From assembly GCF_006345805.1 (NCBI RefSeq), contig NC_043003.1, positions 52,824,001 to 52,888,000 on the forward strand: DNA of 64,000 nucleotides. The letters are read 5' to 3'. Below are positions 10,943 through 21,544 of this stretch, in pieces. Made by a program: the position numbers and the translations under genes. The stretch comes from Octopus sinensis. Lineage: Eukaryota. Position 1 is the first letter of the stretch. The number at the start of each line of letters is the position of its first letter. The notes below the pieces were generated by a model. That model was not told the DNA's origin and ran no database searches. It worked only from the letters and a program-made list of their open reading frames with translations.

Positions 10943-11963
10943 ATGTAGATAGACCAAAATTATGGGAAAAAATTAGGTAAAAATCCGCTCACAAAGAAAC
11001 CTATCGTGGTTTACACTCACGCGCGTGCACATACGTGTGATTCCTTGTCTTTACTGCACGTGGTAGTTGTAAACGAGCGTCATCGTCATGCAAGCAATGT
11101 TATTCGTTTCCAAACTTCTGTGAAAACATGTCCAGATATGAGGAAGTATTTATCACCCTGGTTGGAAAGAAACGGGGGAGAGGGTTGGCGACTGGAAGAG
11201 CATCCGGCCGTGGAAAATCTGCATCAGTGAACTCCGTCCAACCTATACAAGCAAGGAAAAGTGGGAAAAGTGCATGTTAAAACAATGATGATGGTAATTA
11301 TAGAGACGTAACTGTGCCTGGTATTTATAGGTATTAAAAGATAGCTGTTAAGATTTCTGATTACTCAAGCTACGCAAATTTATTGAACATAGCAATATAA
11401 ATGCAAATCTTATCTTATCAATCAAATTTTACATAGAAAAATTATACGCATCAAATCACACTTTGAACGTCACCACGACTTAGAACCTTAAAACAAAAGA
11501 CTGATAGTATTTCCATCCTATAAACATTGTCCTTCTCATTCAGTACAGAACGATGTTAACGAAACATACGCAAACAGCGGTAGCGTCAATAACTTTGTTT
11601 ACTTCACTACGCAAATCGAACGGCAGATAAAGTATGGCAACTTTGTGCTGTAACTGAATTAGAATCCATCTTGATCATCTCTGCTGGGTTTAAAAACAGA
11701 AAGTCGTGGCTTGCCGGAATAGACCGAGTATTGAAAGGAAAACACATCAACACTGTACTGCATGCGAGACATCACTTTGAAACGGAGTGTCTGAACTAGA
11801 GAAGAAAGAAGTTAATGGACAAGGCATATCTGGAGCGCTATGTCCATAAACACTATTTAATCACTGAACTGATTATTAATCACAACTTACGTTTCATAAG
11901 TCCGTTTGATCAGGGTTACACCCCAACAATTTACTGATATATATATATATATATATATATATA

Positions 11964-12476
11964 CCGTAAATCCACGAGTATAGTCCGCCCTTGAGTATAA
12001 TACTACGCAGGGGATTTTTAGGGGGCTGTACCTCGGAAAAACCTAAACCTTGTGTATAATGCGCAACCCTTCTCTAACTTGAGTCAAAGAGGTCTATATA
12101 GCGTCCTTGGTTTGTAAAACTATACGGTAACGTCTTTTATTATTATTGTATATATAACATAATGCAAACGTGTAGCTTTTTTGTGCATTTTGTTTGCAGA
12201 AAATAAAGAAATAACAGTAATAACGTTTAATAAATGTTGCTTACCGCAAGTTATGGATGATTCTTTTATGACTTCATTGCTTTCAGGCTTAGCTTAAGGT
12301 ATTTTCGCGCCCGACATCACAAAATGCGTCTGAATAAACATTGCCGGACAGCAAATAGAGTCTCGGACATTGCTTAGAAAATATTTTTCCTTTTTAACCT
12401 CGTATATAGTACGCACTAGGGATTTTGACCTTTAAATTTTTGGAAAAAAAAGCGGATTATACTCGAGGATTTACGG
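11964..12476. mobile_element. Tc1/mariner-superfamily (pogo/Tigger-like) MITE
   Basis: TIRs CCGTAAATCCACGAGTATAGTCCGC / GCGGATTATACTCGAGGATTTACGG, with TA on both sides inside a (TA)n tract. Confidence 0.85.
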
Positions 12477-12720
12477 TATATATATATATATATATTTCGA
12501 ATTTACAGAAAACAAACGACGAAGACAGGCGAAGAAACAACTCCACATATATGAATCATTGACAGAGATTTTAAAAGCATCCTTCAGATGACGTCCAACA
12601 GCACAATGACTCAATCGCTACACATATCAAAGAAATAAGAGTGTGCTGACAGAGATATTACTGACGCTTATTCTATCATCTGTGGTGTACTTTAACATTT
12701 GTCTTCCACACTCTTTCTTC

Positions 12721-13110
12721 TATTGGGTTGTCCGGAAAGTTCGTGCCGTTCTTTAAAGGAAAGAAAAAGGTCAATAAATACTTGCCATTACATTTTTAAT
12801 CAACCAAATATGAACTATTTTGTTGCACAATGCGTCTCCATCTTTCCTTTAACTTGATAATACTCTCTTCCCAGAATTGAGGTGGTTTCATGGCAAAGAT
12901 TTCATCAAGGTATCTTTTTATGTCATCCAAGGAATTGAAATTTTTACCATTAAGACTATTTTGCAGAGACCTGAATAAGTGGAAATTTGAAGGAGCAATA
13001 TCTGGTGAATATGGAGGGTGGGGTAACATATCCCAGCCGAGCTGCAGCAATTTTTGTCTGGTTCCCAAAGCATCAAGTGCCGAAAATGAACTTTCTTATC
13101 TTCCATTTCA
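12721..13110 (-). mobile_element. Internally deleted mariner transposon
   Basis: TIR-like tattgggttgtccggaaagttcgtgcc. The C-terminus LPHPPYSPDIAPSNFHLFRSLQNSL (third catalytic D changed to N) is joined directly to the N-terminus MEDKKVHFRHLML. Confidence 0.9.
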
Positions 13111-13522
13111 AAGGGTTACAAAATTAACACAGGTTATAGGAACATAAATCTTCTTCCACGAAAAGATAGCTTAAACTGTGCTCTAAATGGAGGTGTGGTT
13201 AAATCCTATTTTATGGACTCCACCATGTTCTAAAATAAGTCAATGGGGACTTTCACTAACGTAAAGATTCAGTCGCTACACATCAAATAACCAATATTGT
13301 ACCTCACATTCTCTCGTCATGAATAACTAAGTCACTAAGAATAGGCTTCGACATTGGGTACTATAAGATGATCTCTTATGATACTCAACAAATCTACCAA
13401 AATGACATACCAACGGCTAGGAACTCTTTTTAGAACCAGAAAGTGTTTCATTCCAGCTTAGTTTCTAATTCGCAACGAAGGTCAAAGGACACCCATGTTC
13501 GATGGTTTTGCTTACTTCTATG

Positions 13523-13600
13523 GGGTGGTACTGTTGAGCGTCCAATAACACTATACTTGTTCCACGTCCTCGTGTTGTTGTGTTTTCATGTTTGGATTAA
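13523..13600 (+). mobile_element. Penelope-like terminus fragment
   Basis: tgagcgtccaataacactatacttgttccacgtcctcgtgttgttgtgttttcatgtttggattaact matches the reverse complement of 20425-20512, which adjoins a hammerhead. Confidence 0.55.
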
Positions 13601-13683
<83 letters not shown>

Positions 13684-13769
13684 CGTGATCACCGTGACCG
13701 ACCAGGCTATCAGATGTTGCTACACATCGCTGGTCACAATGCGCTTCGCATTGTTTTAACCTTCAATGA

Positions 13770-13940
13770 CGCCACCCCGCTGAGTTCAAATTCCGCCGAA
13801 GTCGACTTTGCCTTTCATCCTTTCGGCTTCGATAAATAAAGTACCAGTTACACACTGGGGGTCGATGTAATCGACTTAATCCCTTTGTCTGTCTTTGTTT
13901 GCCCCCTCTATGTTTAGCCCCTTGTGGGCAATAAAGAAAT
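13770..13940 (+). mobile_element. SINE-B (core gtcgactttgcctttcatcctttcgg) with tail-1
   Basis: B-box-like gagttcaaattcc, conserved core, and tail ending gggcaataaagaaata into (TA)n. Confidence 0.8.
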
Positions 13941-13995
<55 letters not shown>

Positions 13996-14781
13996 GAAAG
14001 AAGGTTTGAAAATCCAATTCTAAAAGATGTTAAATATATATATATATAACCACACACACCATATACATGATATAAAAAATACGTGGTAATGAAGCAGTGA
14101 CACCCTTATCCACCGTGGGGATACTCTCTTTTTCAACAGTAATTGGTAAAAAATGATGTATAAATCCCTCTTAAAAAGTGATGGAGACAGGCTTTCACGG
14201 GTGGCATAAAGATACTGAAAGTTTCAAAAAGTGATCTGCAGTTCTGACTTGAAAGGTTTTCGTCGATAATAACGATCTACAATACTTTTGGAGTCTGGTA
14301 GACACCTTATCGTTTTGTATTTGTTGAATTGGGTAGAAACAGCGCTGGATTAGCCATTAAGCAACATGTATGCACGTGTTTAGGGCATAAAAGAAGCAGA
14401 GTGCACCAAAGGAATGGTAAATGGTTAACGGCACAAAAGAATCATTTTAAACTTGCTAAAATAATATTCGAAGTGGTTCATATGATCGGAAATATAATTT
14501 CAAGTGTTCATGGTGTCACGGTGAGGATCTGATGAAAGACTTTATAATTCTAAAAAGTAGGAGAAAACTTTTCAAATATAAATAAAGTAGAAGGATACAA
14601 AAATAAACATTATTTTCCATCTAACTGTTAGTTTTGTTTCATTTTGAAAAATAAAAATTAATTTTATTGTTTAGTATTGTTTATATTTTTAATTACATAT
14701 ATATGAGGGCATCAAAGTCTTTTAAGTGCTTAGGACCTGTATGGGTCTTAATCTGGCCTTCGGAAAAAGAATTGTACACAA

Positions 14782-15186
14782 GGCGCAGGAGTGGCCGTGT
14801 GGTAAGTAGCTTGCTTACCAACCACATGGTTCCGAGTTCAGCCCCACTGCGTGGCACCTCGGGCAAGTATCTTCTACTATAGCCTTGGGCCGACCAAAGC
14901 CTCGTGAGTGGATTTGGTAGACGGAAACTGAAAGAAGCCCGTCGTATATATGTATATATGCATGTGAGTATGTATATGTTTGTTTGTCTGTGTTTGTCCC
15001 CCAACATCGCTTGACAACCGATGCTGGTGTGTTTACGTCCCCGTAACTTAACGGTTCGACAAAAGAAACCGATAGAATAAGTACTAGGCTTAGAAAGAAT
15101 AAGTCCTGGGGGCGATTTGCTCGATTAAAAGCGGTGCTCTAGCATGGCCACAGTCATGACTGAAACAAGTAAAAGAGAGTAACAGA
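14782..15186 (+). mobile_element. Full-length SINE-A
   Basis: tRNA-like head, internal microsatellite, body and gtaaaagag-type tail. Confidence 0.9.
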
Positions 15187-15477
15187 GTAAGCTGTTTCCA
15201 GCGGGTTCTGTCTGGTTTTTGAGTGGTAGAATTAATCTTTGCCCTCCTTAACTCCATAATCGCGAGTATTTTGTATGCTTTTTTAATGGAGTCCAGTCTT
15301 TTGAAAATGATTAAACCGAATCTCTCGTCTGAGGATAATTCATAAACCGTTGACATTTTCTCCCTTTCATCCTGCTATTCTTGGAAGCTTTGTAAAATTG
15401 TCATGGCTACTGCTGTTCCTCTCATTACTAAGCTAGATCAAATAAATAAATTATATATATATAATATATAATGAAAT

Positions 15478-15822
15478 TATTGTATACAGTGCTCAGGTGC
15501 ACCACAACTTGTCAGAAAGTGCATATAAAGTACATGCAGTAATGTAGAAATGTCTGGAAAGTGAACATGCTTGTTTGTGTATGGAGGGGAGAAAATCAAG
15601 TGTAGTGTTGGCGAATCTCAGGAAGCATGGAAGTTTTGAAGGATGCAGTGCTCCGACAACTAACAACCGATGCCGGCAGTTTGTTCCACGCTTCAGCAAC
15701 TCTCAGCGTGGAAAAATGTTTCCTGAAGTCATGGGAGCTGTGCTGTTTTCTTACTTTGTAAATATGTCCACGGGTGTTAGATGGGTGGAGTTTGAAGAGG
15801 GTAAATATGTCCACGGGTGTTA
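15478..15822 (-). mobile_element. CR1 LINE 3' fragment, same family as 1-1320
   Basis: SNTRGHIYKVRKQHSSHDFRKHFSTLRVAEAWNKLPASVV, and a 3' UTR ending gtgcacctgagcactgtataca. Confidence 0.9.
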
Positions 15823-16229
15823 TAAAACAGGCTTCGGACTTAATGGAAGTAATTTTACTTCATTTTCGCTGCTGATATTATAAAAATCATAAATATCTCT
15901 TATAATTAATAATAAAAACTACGATATTACTGACTTTGCGACACTAAGACAGAGGCTGGCAATTTTTGCCACTGTTGAAAAAATACGTTGTCGGCGCTGT
16001 TGTTTTAAATATTCTTGTTGTTTAGCTCTAAATCAGCCCTGATCGAGCAGACTTTTTATCAAAAGCATTTTTCGATGTTTTCTCTTGGTGTAGATTTGCT
16101 AATGCAACTTTAATAATTTAAGTTACAGGGCATGAATGGAGGAAGATTTGGCTGCTATTTCTAGCACGTCATGAGACACCGTAGAAGATTTTCGTGTAGG
16201 AAAAAGAGTAATAGTTGTGTCCCTTTAAT

Positions 16230-16770
16230 CGCTAAAATTTGGGGAAGAGCGACTAGTCGAATACATCGACCCCTAATGTTTACTGGTACTTAATTTATCA
16301 ACCCCCGAAAAGATGAAAGGCAAAGTCGACCTCGGTGGAATTTGAACTCAGAACGAAATGGCGGGCGAAATACCGCTAAGCATTTCGTCCAGCGTGCCAA
16401 CGATTCTGCCGCCTCCAACAATAATAATAATAATAATAATCCTTTCTACTATAGGCACAAGGCCTGAAATTTTAGGGGAAGGAACCAGTCGATTAGATCG
16501 ACCCCAGTACGCAGTTGGTACTTAAGTTATCAACCCCAAAATGTTGTAAGGCAAATTCGACCTCGGCGGAATTTGAATTCAGAACGTAAAGACGGGCGAT
16601 ATGTCGCTAAGCAATTTTCCTAGCGTCCTAACGGTTCTGCCAGCTCGCCACCTTAACAATGATGATAATAATGGTTTCAAATTTTACCACAAGGGTAGCA
16701 ATTTTGCTGGAGGGGATGATTCGATTCCATCGACCCTAATGTACAATTGGTACTTATTTTATCCATCCTG
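16230..16770 (-). mobile_element. Cluster of three SINE-B copies/fragments
   Basis: Repeated gatgaaaggcaaagtcgacctcgg...gaatttgaactcagaacg motifs. Confidence 0.75.
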
Positions 16771-16774
16771 AATA

Positions 16775-17627
16775 TAGAGGGTTAGTGGCCGGTAAGTGCG
16801 ATGACGTTCTGCGGGAGACCCTGGGCTTAGATGACGGCCAATTTGCCAGTCTGTTCCGGAGGACTTTCGAGCCGGGGCCCATGGATAACTACCAGATATC
16901 CCTGGCCTGGAAGTGCTACGGAAGGGCACCACCTGTTCGGGATAAACTCACAAAAGTGAAGCTACACGGACATGCTCGAGATGCGAGCAGAGCGATGAAA
17001 TCGTTCTGCACGCAATCATATAGTATCCGTTGATTTCGGATCTATGGATTTATGTCAAACACCTATCACATCTGGGAAGAGCACAGTTGTCAACTGAGTC
17101 CATCATCAAGATTGTTCCACCACTTTCCTTTAACCGGGAAAGGCAGGCATCCTTTCTCTGCTTGGCGGCTGTAGAGAAAGAGGTCGTGTGGTTGGCGCGA
17201 GTGAAAGGTTTGAGAACGAGCAACATTCTCTCTGGCATTGGTTGAGCCAATTACTACATATACCATCTAAAAAGAAAACTAAGGCTGGCGAGAGAGTTGC
17301 TGCCGTTGCGAATATTTGTGACTAGATGGATGCAAGTGACACGCCTGTTACATATGAATGTGCCTAACATGAGCGCGAATCCATAACTCTCACTTGCGAG
17401 AGAAGTGTAGAGCGTGGCTTGTGGGGTCCCCATGTCCTACACTACATGTCGTCTTTCTCATTTAATTATTCTCTTAGTATTGTAATATTAAAACATTTTA
17501 AACATGTTTACTCGTCTCTAATTGTTTATTCATTCGACTATTTCACTTTGCTGTCGTACCTCCGTACGACCTCACCTTGTCTGTCCTGTATTGTCTCTCT
17601 ATATGTAGCCCTTAGTAGCGAATAAAG
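16775..17627 (+). mobile_element. Tx1/L1-like LINE 3' fragment (decayed C-terminus and 3' UTR)
   Basis: LAWKCYGRAPPVRDKL...ISDLWIYVKHLSHLGR...FLCLAAVEKEVVWLAR resembles the zf-RVT-type C-terminus. Homologous to 59780-61045. Confidence 0.7.
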
Positions 17628-17904
17628 AATCAAGTTTTTGAGGGAGGGGACTAGTCGATTACATTGATCCTAGTGCCCAACTGGTACTTATTTTATCAAC
17701 CTTGGAAAGATGAAAGGCAAAGTTGACACCGGCCTCATTTAAACTCAAGCTCAAAACTTTTGGCTGTGATGATGATGCTACAGGTAGAACGGGTTGGTGT
17801 GAAGATTGTTCAAATGAATAACCAGGGACGACGGTTCTTCGGGTGATTTATTAAAGAATCTGACATCAATAAGATATCCTTATAAAATAATAAATAAATG
17901 CACC

Positions 17905-18149
17905 CTTTTTAAAGCCTAGCCAGGCTCATGGGCCCGGTTTCCCGGTTTCTATGGCGTATGTGTTCCCCAGCTGGACGGGACGCCAGTCCATCGCAACGTT
18001 ACTCATTTTTGTCAGCTGAGTGGACTGGAGCAACGAGAAATGAAGTGTTTTGCTCAAGAACACAACGCGTCGCCCGGTCCAGGAATCGAAACCACAATCC
18101 TACGATCATGATGCTGACACCCTAACCACTAAGCCACGCGCCTCCACAT
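17905..18149 (-). mobile_element. tRNA-head SINE with CORE-like and V-like segments
   Basis: - strand gtggaggcgcgtggcttagtggttagg...ggtttcgattcc head, ttgagcaaaacacttcatttc core and gcgatggactggcgtcccgtccag segment. Confidence 0.8.
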
Positions 18150-18712
18150 AGATATCCTTACACCAAGATAAAAAAAAAAATATACGTTTCACATATTTCA
18201 CGAACCACTAAGAGATCATCAATACGGTCGTCCGACTTGCTAGAAATAACAAGTTAAACATTCGTTTTATGTAATACCTTACAGTCATAGAGAAGACAGA
18301 GCATCATATAACGATCTAGTTATAGATTTATATGCTTCGAAAAAAAACTGGCTGGTCACGGCTGGAAGTTCTTTATTCATTAGTCCGCTTGATCAGGGCC
18401 AATCGCGGCAGCAATAATTTATTTCATCCCACTCTCCATCCTTCCTTCCCTTCTTCTAACCCTCCGTCCCTCTCTCTCTCGTTCACCCCCCCCCCACATT
18501 AAACAAAAATAAGGTAAGAGAAACAACTGTGAGCAGTGGCGTGTATTTGAATAACACAAACAAATACAGGTATATCAAATACCATACAATTTAAATCTAT
18601 GATTTATAATTATCTCCGCCTCAAACTTCCTTCACATATGGAGCTGTTCTCAGTTGCCATTTGGTAATTCTGATAGATCTCTAGAGGCAGAGATCATTTT
18701 AATAAATAGAAA

Positions 18713-18713
<1 letters not shown>

Positions 18714-18811
<98 letters not shown>
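18714..18811. repeat. (ATCT)n microsatellite
   Basis: Perfect tetranucleotide array. Confidence 0.95.
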
Positions 18812-18967
18812 AGTTTCGCACAGGGGTTGATGTAATCGACCTAATGCCTTTGTCTGTCCTTGTTTGTCCCCTCTATATTTAGCCCCTTGTGGGTAGTAAA
18901 GAAATATATCTATCTATCTGCCTGTCTGTCTGTCTGTCTATCTATGTACACAGACACATGCATACGC

Positions 18968-19000
<33 letters not shown>

Positions 19001-19094
19001 TGTATGTATGTAGTATGTATGTATGTACGTATGTATGTATGTATGTATGTATGTATGTATATGTATGTATGTATTGTTTGTAATGTATGTATGC

Positions 19095-19582
19095 CATATG
19101 TATATCTTTTAATTATATAATTTTTTCCTGTAGAAAAGAAGACGGTATGTTTAACAAAGAAACAAACTCACATCGCTGGAATTTATATAACATTGGTGAA
19201 AAGATAGATTTCTACTTTAGAAAAATCTTGCCTATTTTGACTGTTCTGCTTATAGATTGTATTTGTAAAGTGCTTATTAACAGGTCGCTTTCTTTGCATG
19301 AGCCCTTAAGCATTTTGAGACAATTGTATAAACATTTACCAACAGAGCCTAGTTCACCAATAATTATGGGTATAAATGTGAACCTATAATCTGGGGTGAG
19401 AAACTGCAGGTTTCGAAGCAGCTGTCCGTAAATACTCTCTTTCTCACTGACTATGAAAGAAATATTAGCATCTGCAGGACAGCTGACCGCCACGAATTTT
19501 GTTCTGTCCTAAACAACTATATCAAGCCCGTTATGTTACTATTCGCAGAAGTTTTGATGAGAATGTTCCAGCAATATTCCTC
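19095..19582 (-). mobile_element. R4/Dong-like (restriction-like endonuclease) LINE, 5'-truncated 3' end, within (TACA)n
   Basis: VSCPADANIS...[35 protein letters not shown] is homologous to 23500-23797. Confidence 0.8.
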
Positions 19583-19708
19583 ATGTATGTATGTATGTAT
19601 GTATGTATGTATGTATGTATGTATGTATGTATGTATGTATGTATGTGTATGTACGTACGTACACATGTATCCAAGCTGTATGTATGTACGTAGGTTTGTG
19701 CACACGCG

Positions 19709-19740
<32 letters not shown>

Positions 19741-20281
19741 TGTATGTATGCATGTATGTATGTATGTAAGTATGTATGTATGTATGTATGCATGTATGCT
19801 TTCGTTAATTGTTTTAAAACTCTATATATTGCTAGCTGTCATAAGCACTATCTTGACCCACCCAGCTTTTGGCCCAGCGGAACATTCTCACCCAGGATGT
19901 GGCAACTGGACGGAGGGGGTAATGCAGCAGCAGCAGTTGGCTGACACTCAGTTTCGGCTAAGTAGCCAGTAGCTTTGTGAAATGATGCATCTTGCTTAAG
20001 GACACAGCACCACCAAGCCTGATCGAGGAAACTGAATACGAGACGTTATGATTGTAAGCCCAACATCCTACCTACCAGGCTACACGCTTTCACGTTTTTA
20101 TAATTAAATATGAACAAGCACGAACCTCAGGATATATAGAAGGCACCAGAAGCATGAAGCGGCAAATACTGAAAGTAATGCAAAGCCTTAGTAGCCAGTC
20201 TTACCACCCAACTTTTTCATTCATTTTCTTTTTCCAAGCACTACCTTATCCACTTCTTTTATTGTTCCTTTTCGATCTTTC

Positions 20282-20314
20282 TTCTGATGAGGGAATTGGC
20301 GCCCGAAACGTCAA
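20282..20314 (+). ncRNA. Minimal type I hammerhead ribozyme motif
   Basis: UU-CUGAUGA-GGG-AAUUGGCG-CCC-GAAA-CG-UC/AA with palindromic stem III ACGU and a GUC triplet. Stem I has only 2 bp. Confidence 0.7.
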
Positions 20315-20529
20315 TATTCCTTCTCTTTTTTTTTGAGCGTTAAACTATACATTTGCTAAAATTTGACCCTTCCGTACTGTCTTCTTTTTGTGCTCATTAC
20401 CTTTAATATATATGTATATATATAATTAGTTAATCCAAACATGAAAACACAAAGAGAAAACACAACAACGCGAGGACGTAGAACAAGTATAGTATTATTG
20501 GACGCCCAGGTAAGAAGGAAAGAAGGAGA

Positions 20530-20564
20530 GTTTAACGTTTCGAGCGGAGCTCGTCGTCAGAAAC
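20530..20564 (-). ncRNA. Minimal type I hammerhead ribozyme motif
   Basis: - strand GUUU-CUGACGA-C-GAGC-UCC-GCUC-GAAA-CG-UU/AAAC. It has a 4-bp stem I, a 4-bp stem II and palindromic stem III. Confidence 0.75.
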
Positions 20565-20636
20565 ATAGGAAAAGGAAAGATCCAAAGAAGGGAAGACGGG
20601 GGAAAAAATCGCCAACGGTACACACGCGGTCACATT

Positions 20637-20689
<53 letters not shown>

Positions 20690-21230
20690 CGACACTGTCT
20701 AAGAACTTCAGCTTCCTCTGGATTTTTGCAAATGTTGCAAATAGGAACCTCGGCCTTCACCAAATGTAAAGGCAGCTCGAATGCCGAGTGCACCGTCCTA
20801 CCTCCCGGCAATAACGTAGCAGCGATTCCCGAGGAAGCAACGGCTAGCGCAATTTGTTTCTCGCAACGAATCTTAGCAAGTATTAATTGTGCTACAAGGA
20901 ATTTGCCGGTACCTCTAGCAGCATCGAGGAAAAAAATGCCGCCCACCTGTTTTTCAATAGCACTGACGACAGTTTCGTACACCAGCCTCTGATCAGGGAG
21001 CAATTTCGGTTCATTTATTCTCAGGACTCCGAAAGGCCATCAGCGTCATACAACAACTCCAAAAGTAACTTTGGTGGGAGTGTGTTAACATCCTGTCGCA
21101 ACCATTTTGAGCAGGGCATCCTCGATTTCAATCAGCGCATTATTGTAGATCAGGTCATTGTATCCAATGTCAGCATTAGGGCACTGTTGCTTTGCCAGTC
21201 ATCATTTGCCTTGACCAACGAGAAAGCAAA
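20690..21230 (-). pseudogene. Helitron Rep/PIF1-like helicase fragment
   Basis: LLPDQRLVYETV...GIFFLDAARGTGKF...IALAVASSGIAATLLPGGRTVHSAFELPL (Walker A region of Helitron PIF1). The upstream YNNALIEIED segment is frameshifted. Confidence 0.88.
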
Positions 21231-21544
21231 ATTATGTACAGAGAATTTCATAAACTTAAATGAATGGAAAAAAGATTTTAGATTAAATTCTTAGATCAAC
21301 ACTTGCACGATTTTCACTAAGAAAAAAAAAATTTTTTTTTTTGCGTGGAATCAAATACCCTGGCCTCCTAATATACTACGGAACCCTTTTTGTAGTTCGA
21401 AAAACGGGGTGTGCTGTGGTGGAAGCCTCGGAAATTTCACCCCCACAAACGTTGATCTTTTTACCATCTATTTTTCCATCCGTGGAAAAATACGGAGATT
21501 AAGAATATGGAAAACATTTGTTTTTAATCTCAAATTTACTGCTA

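Larger units (their letters stand above)
10270..11292 (+). mobile_element. tRNA-head SINE with RTE-like tail, interrupted by a hAT MITE
   Basis: The head (ctgtggttaagtagttcgcttctcaaccacatggttc) runs to 10376, resumes at 10943 and ends in gttaaaacaatgatgatg. Confidence 0.65.

Noticed and set aside
14782-14860. tRNA gene-like sequences with A/B boxes
   Set aside because: They are SINE heads that continue into SINE bodies; no complete cloverleaf was seen.
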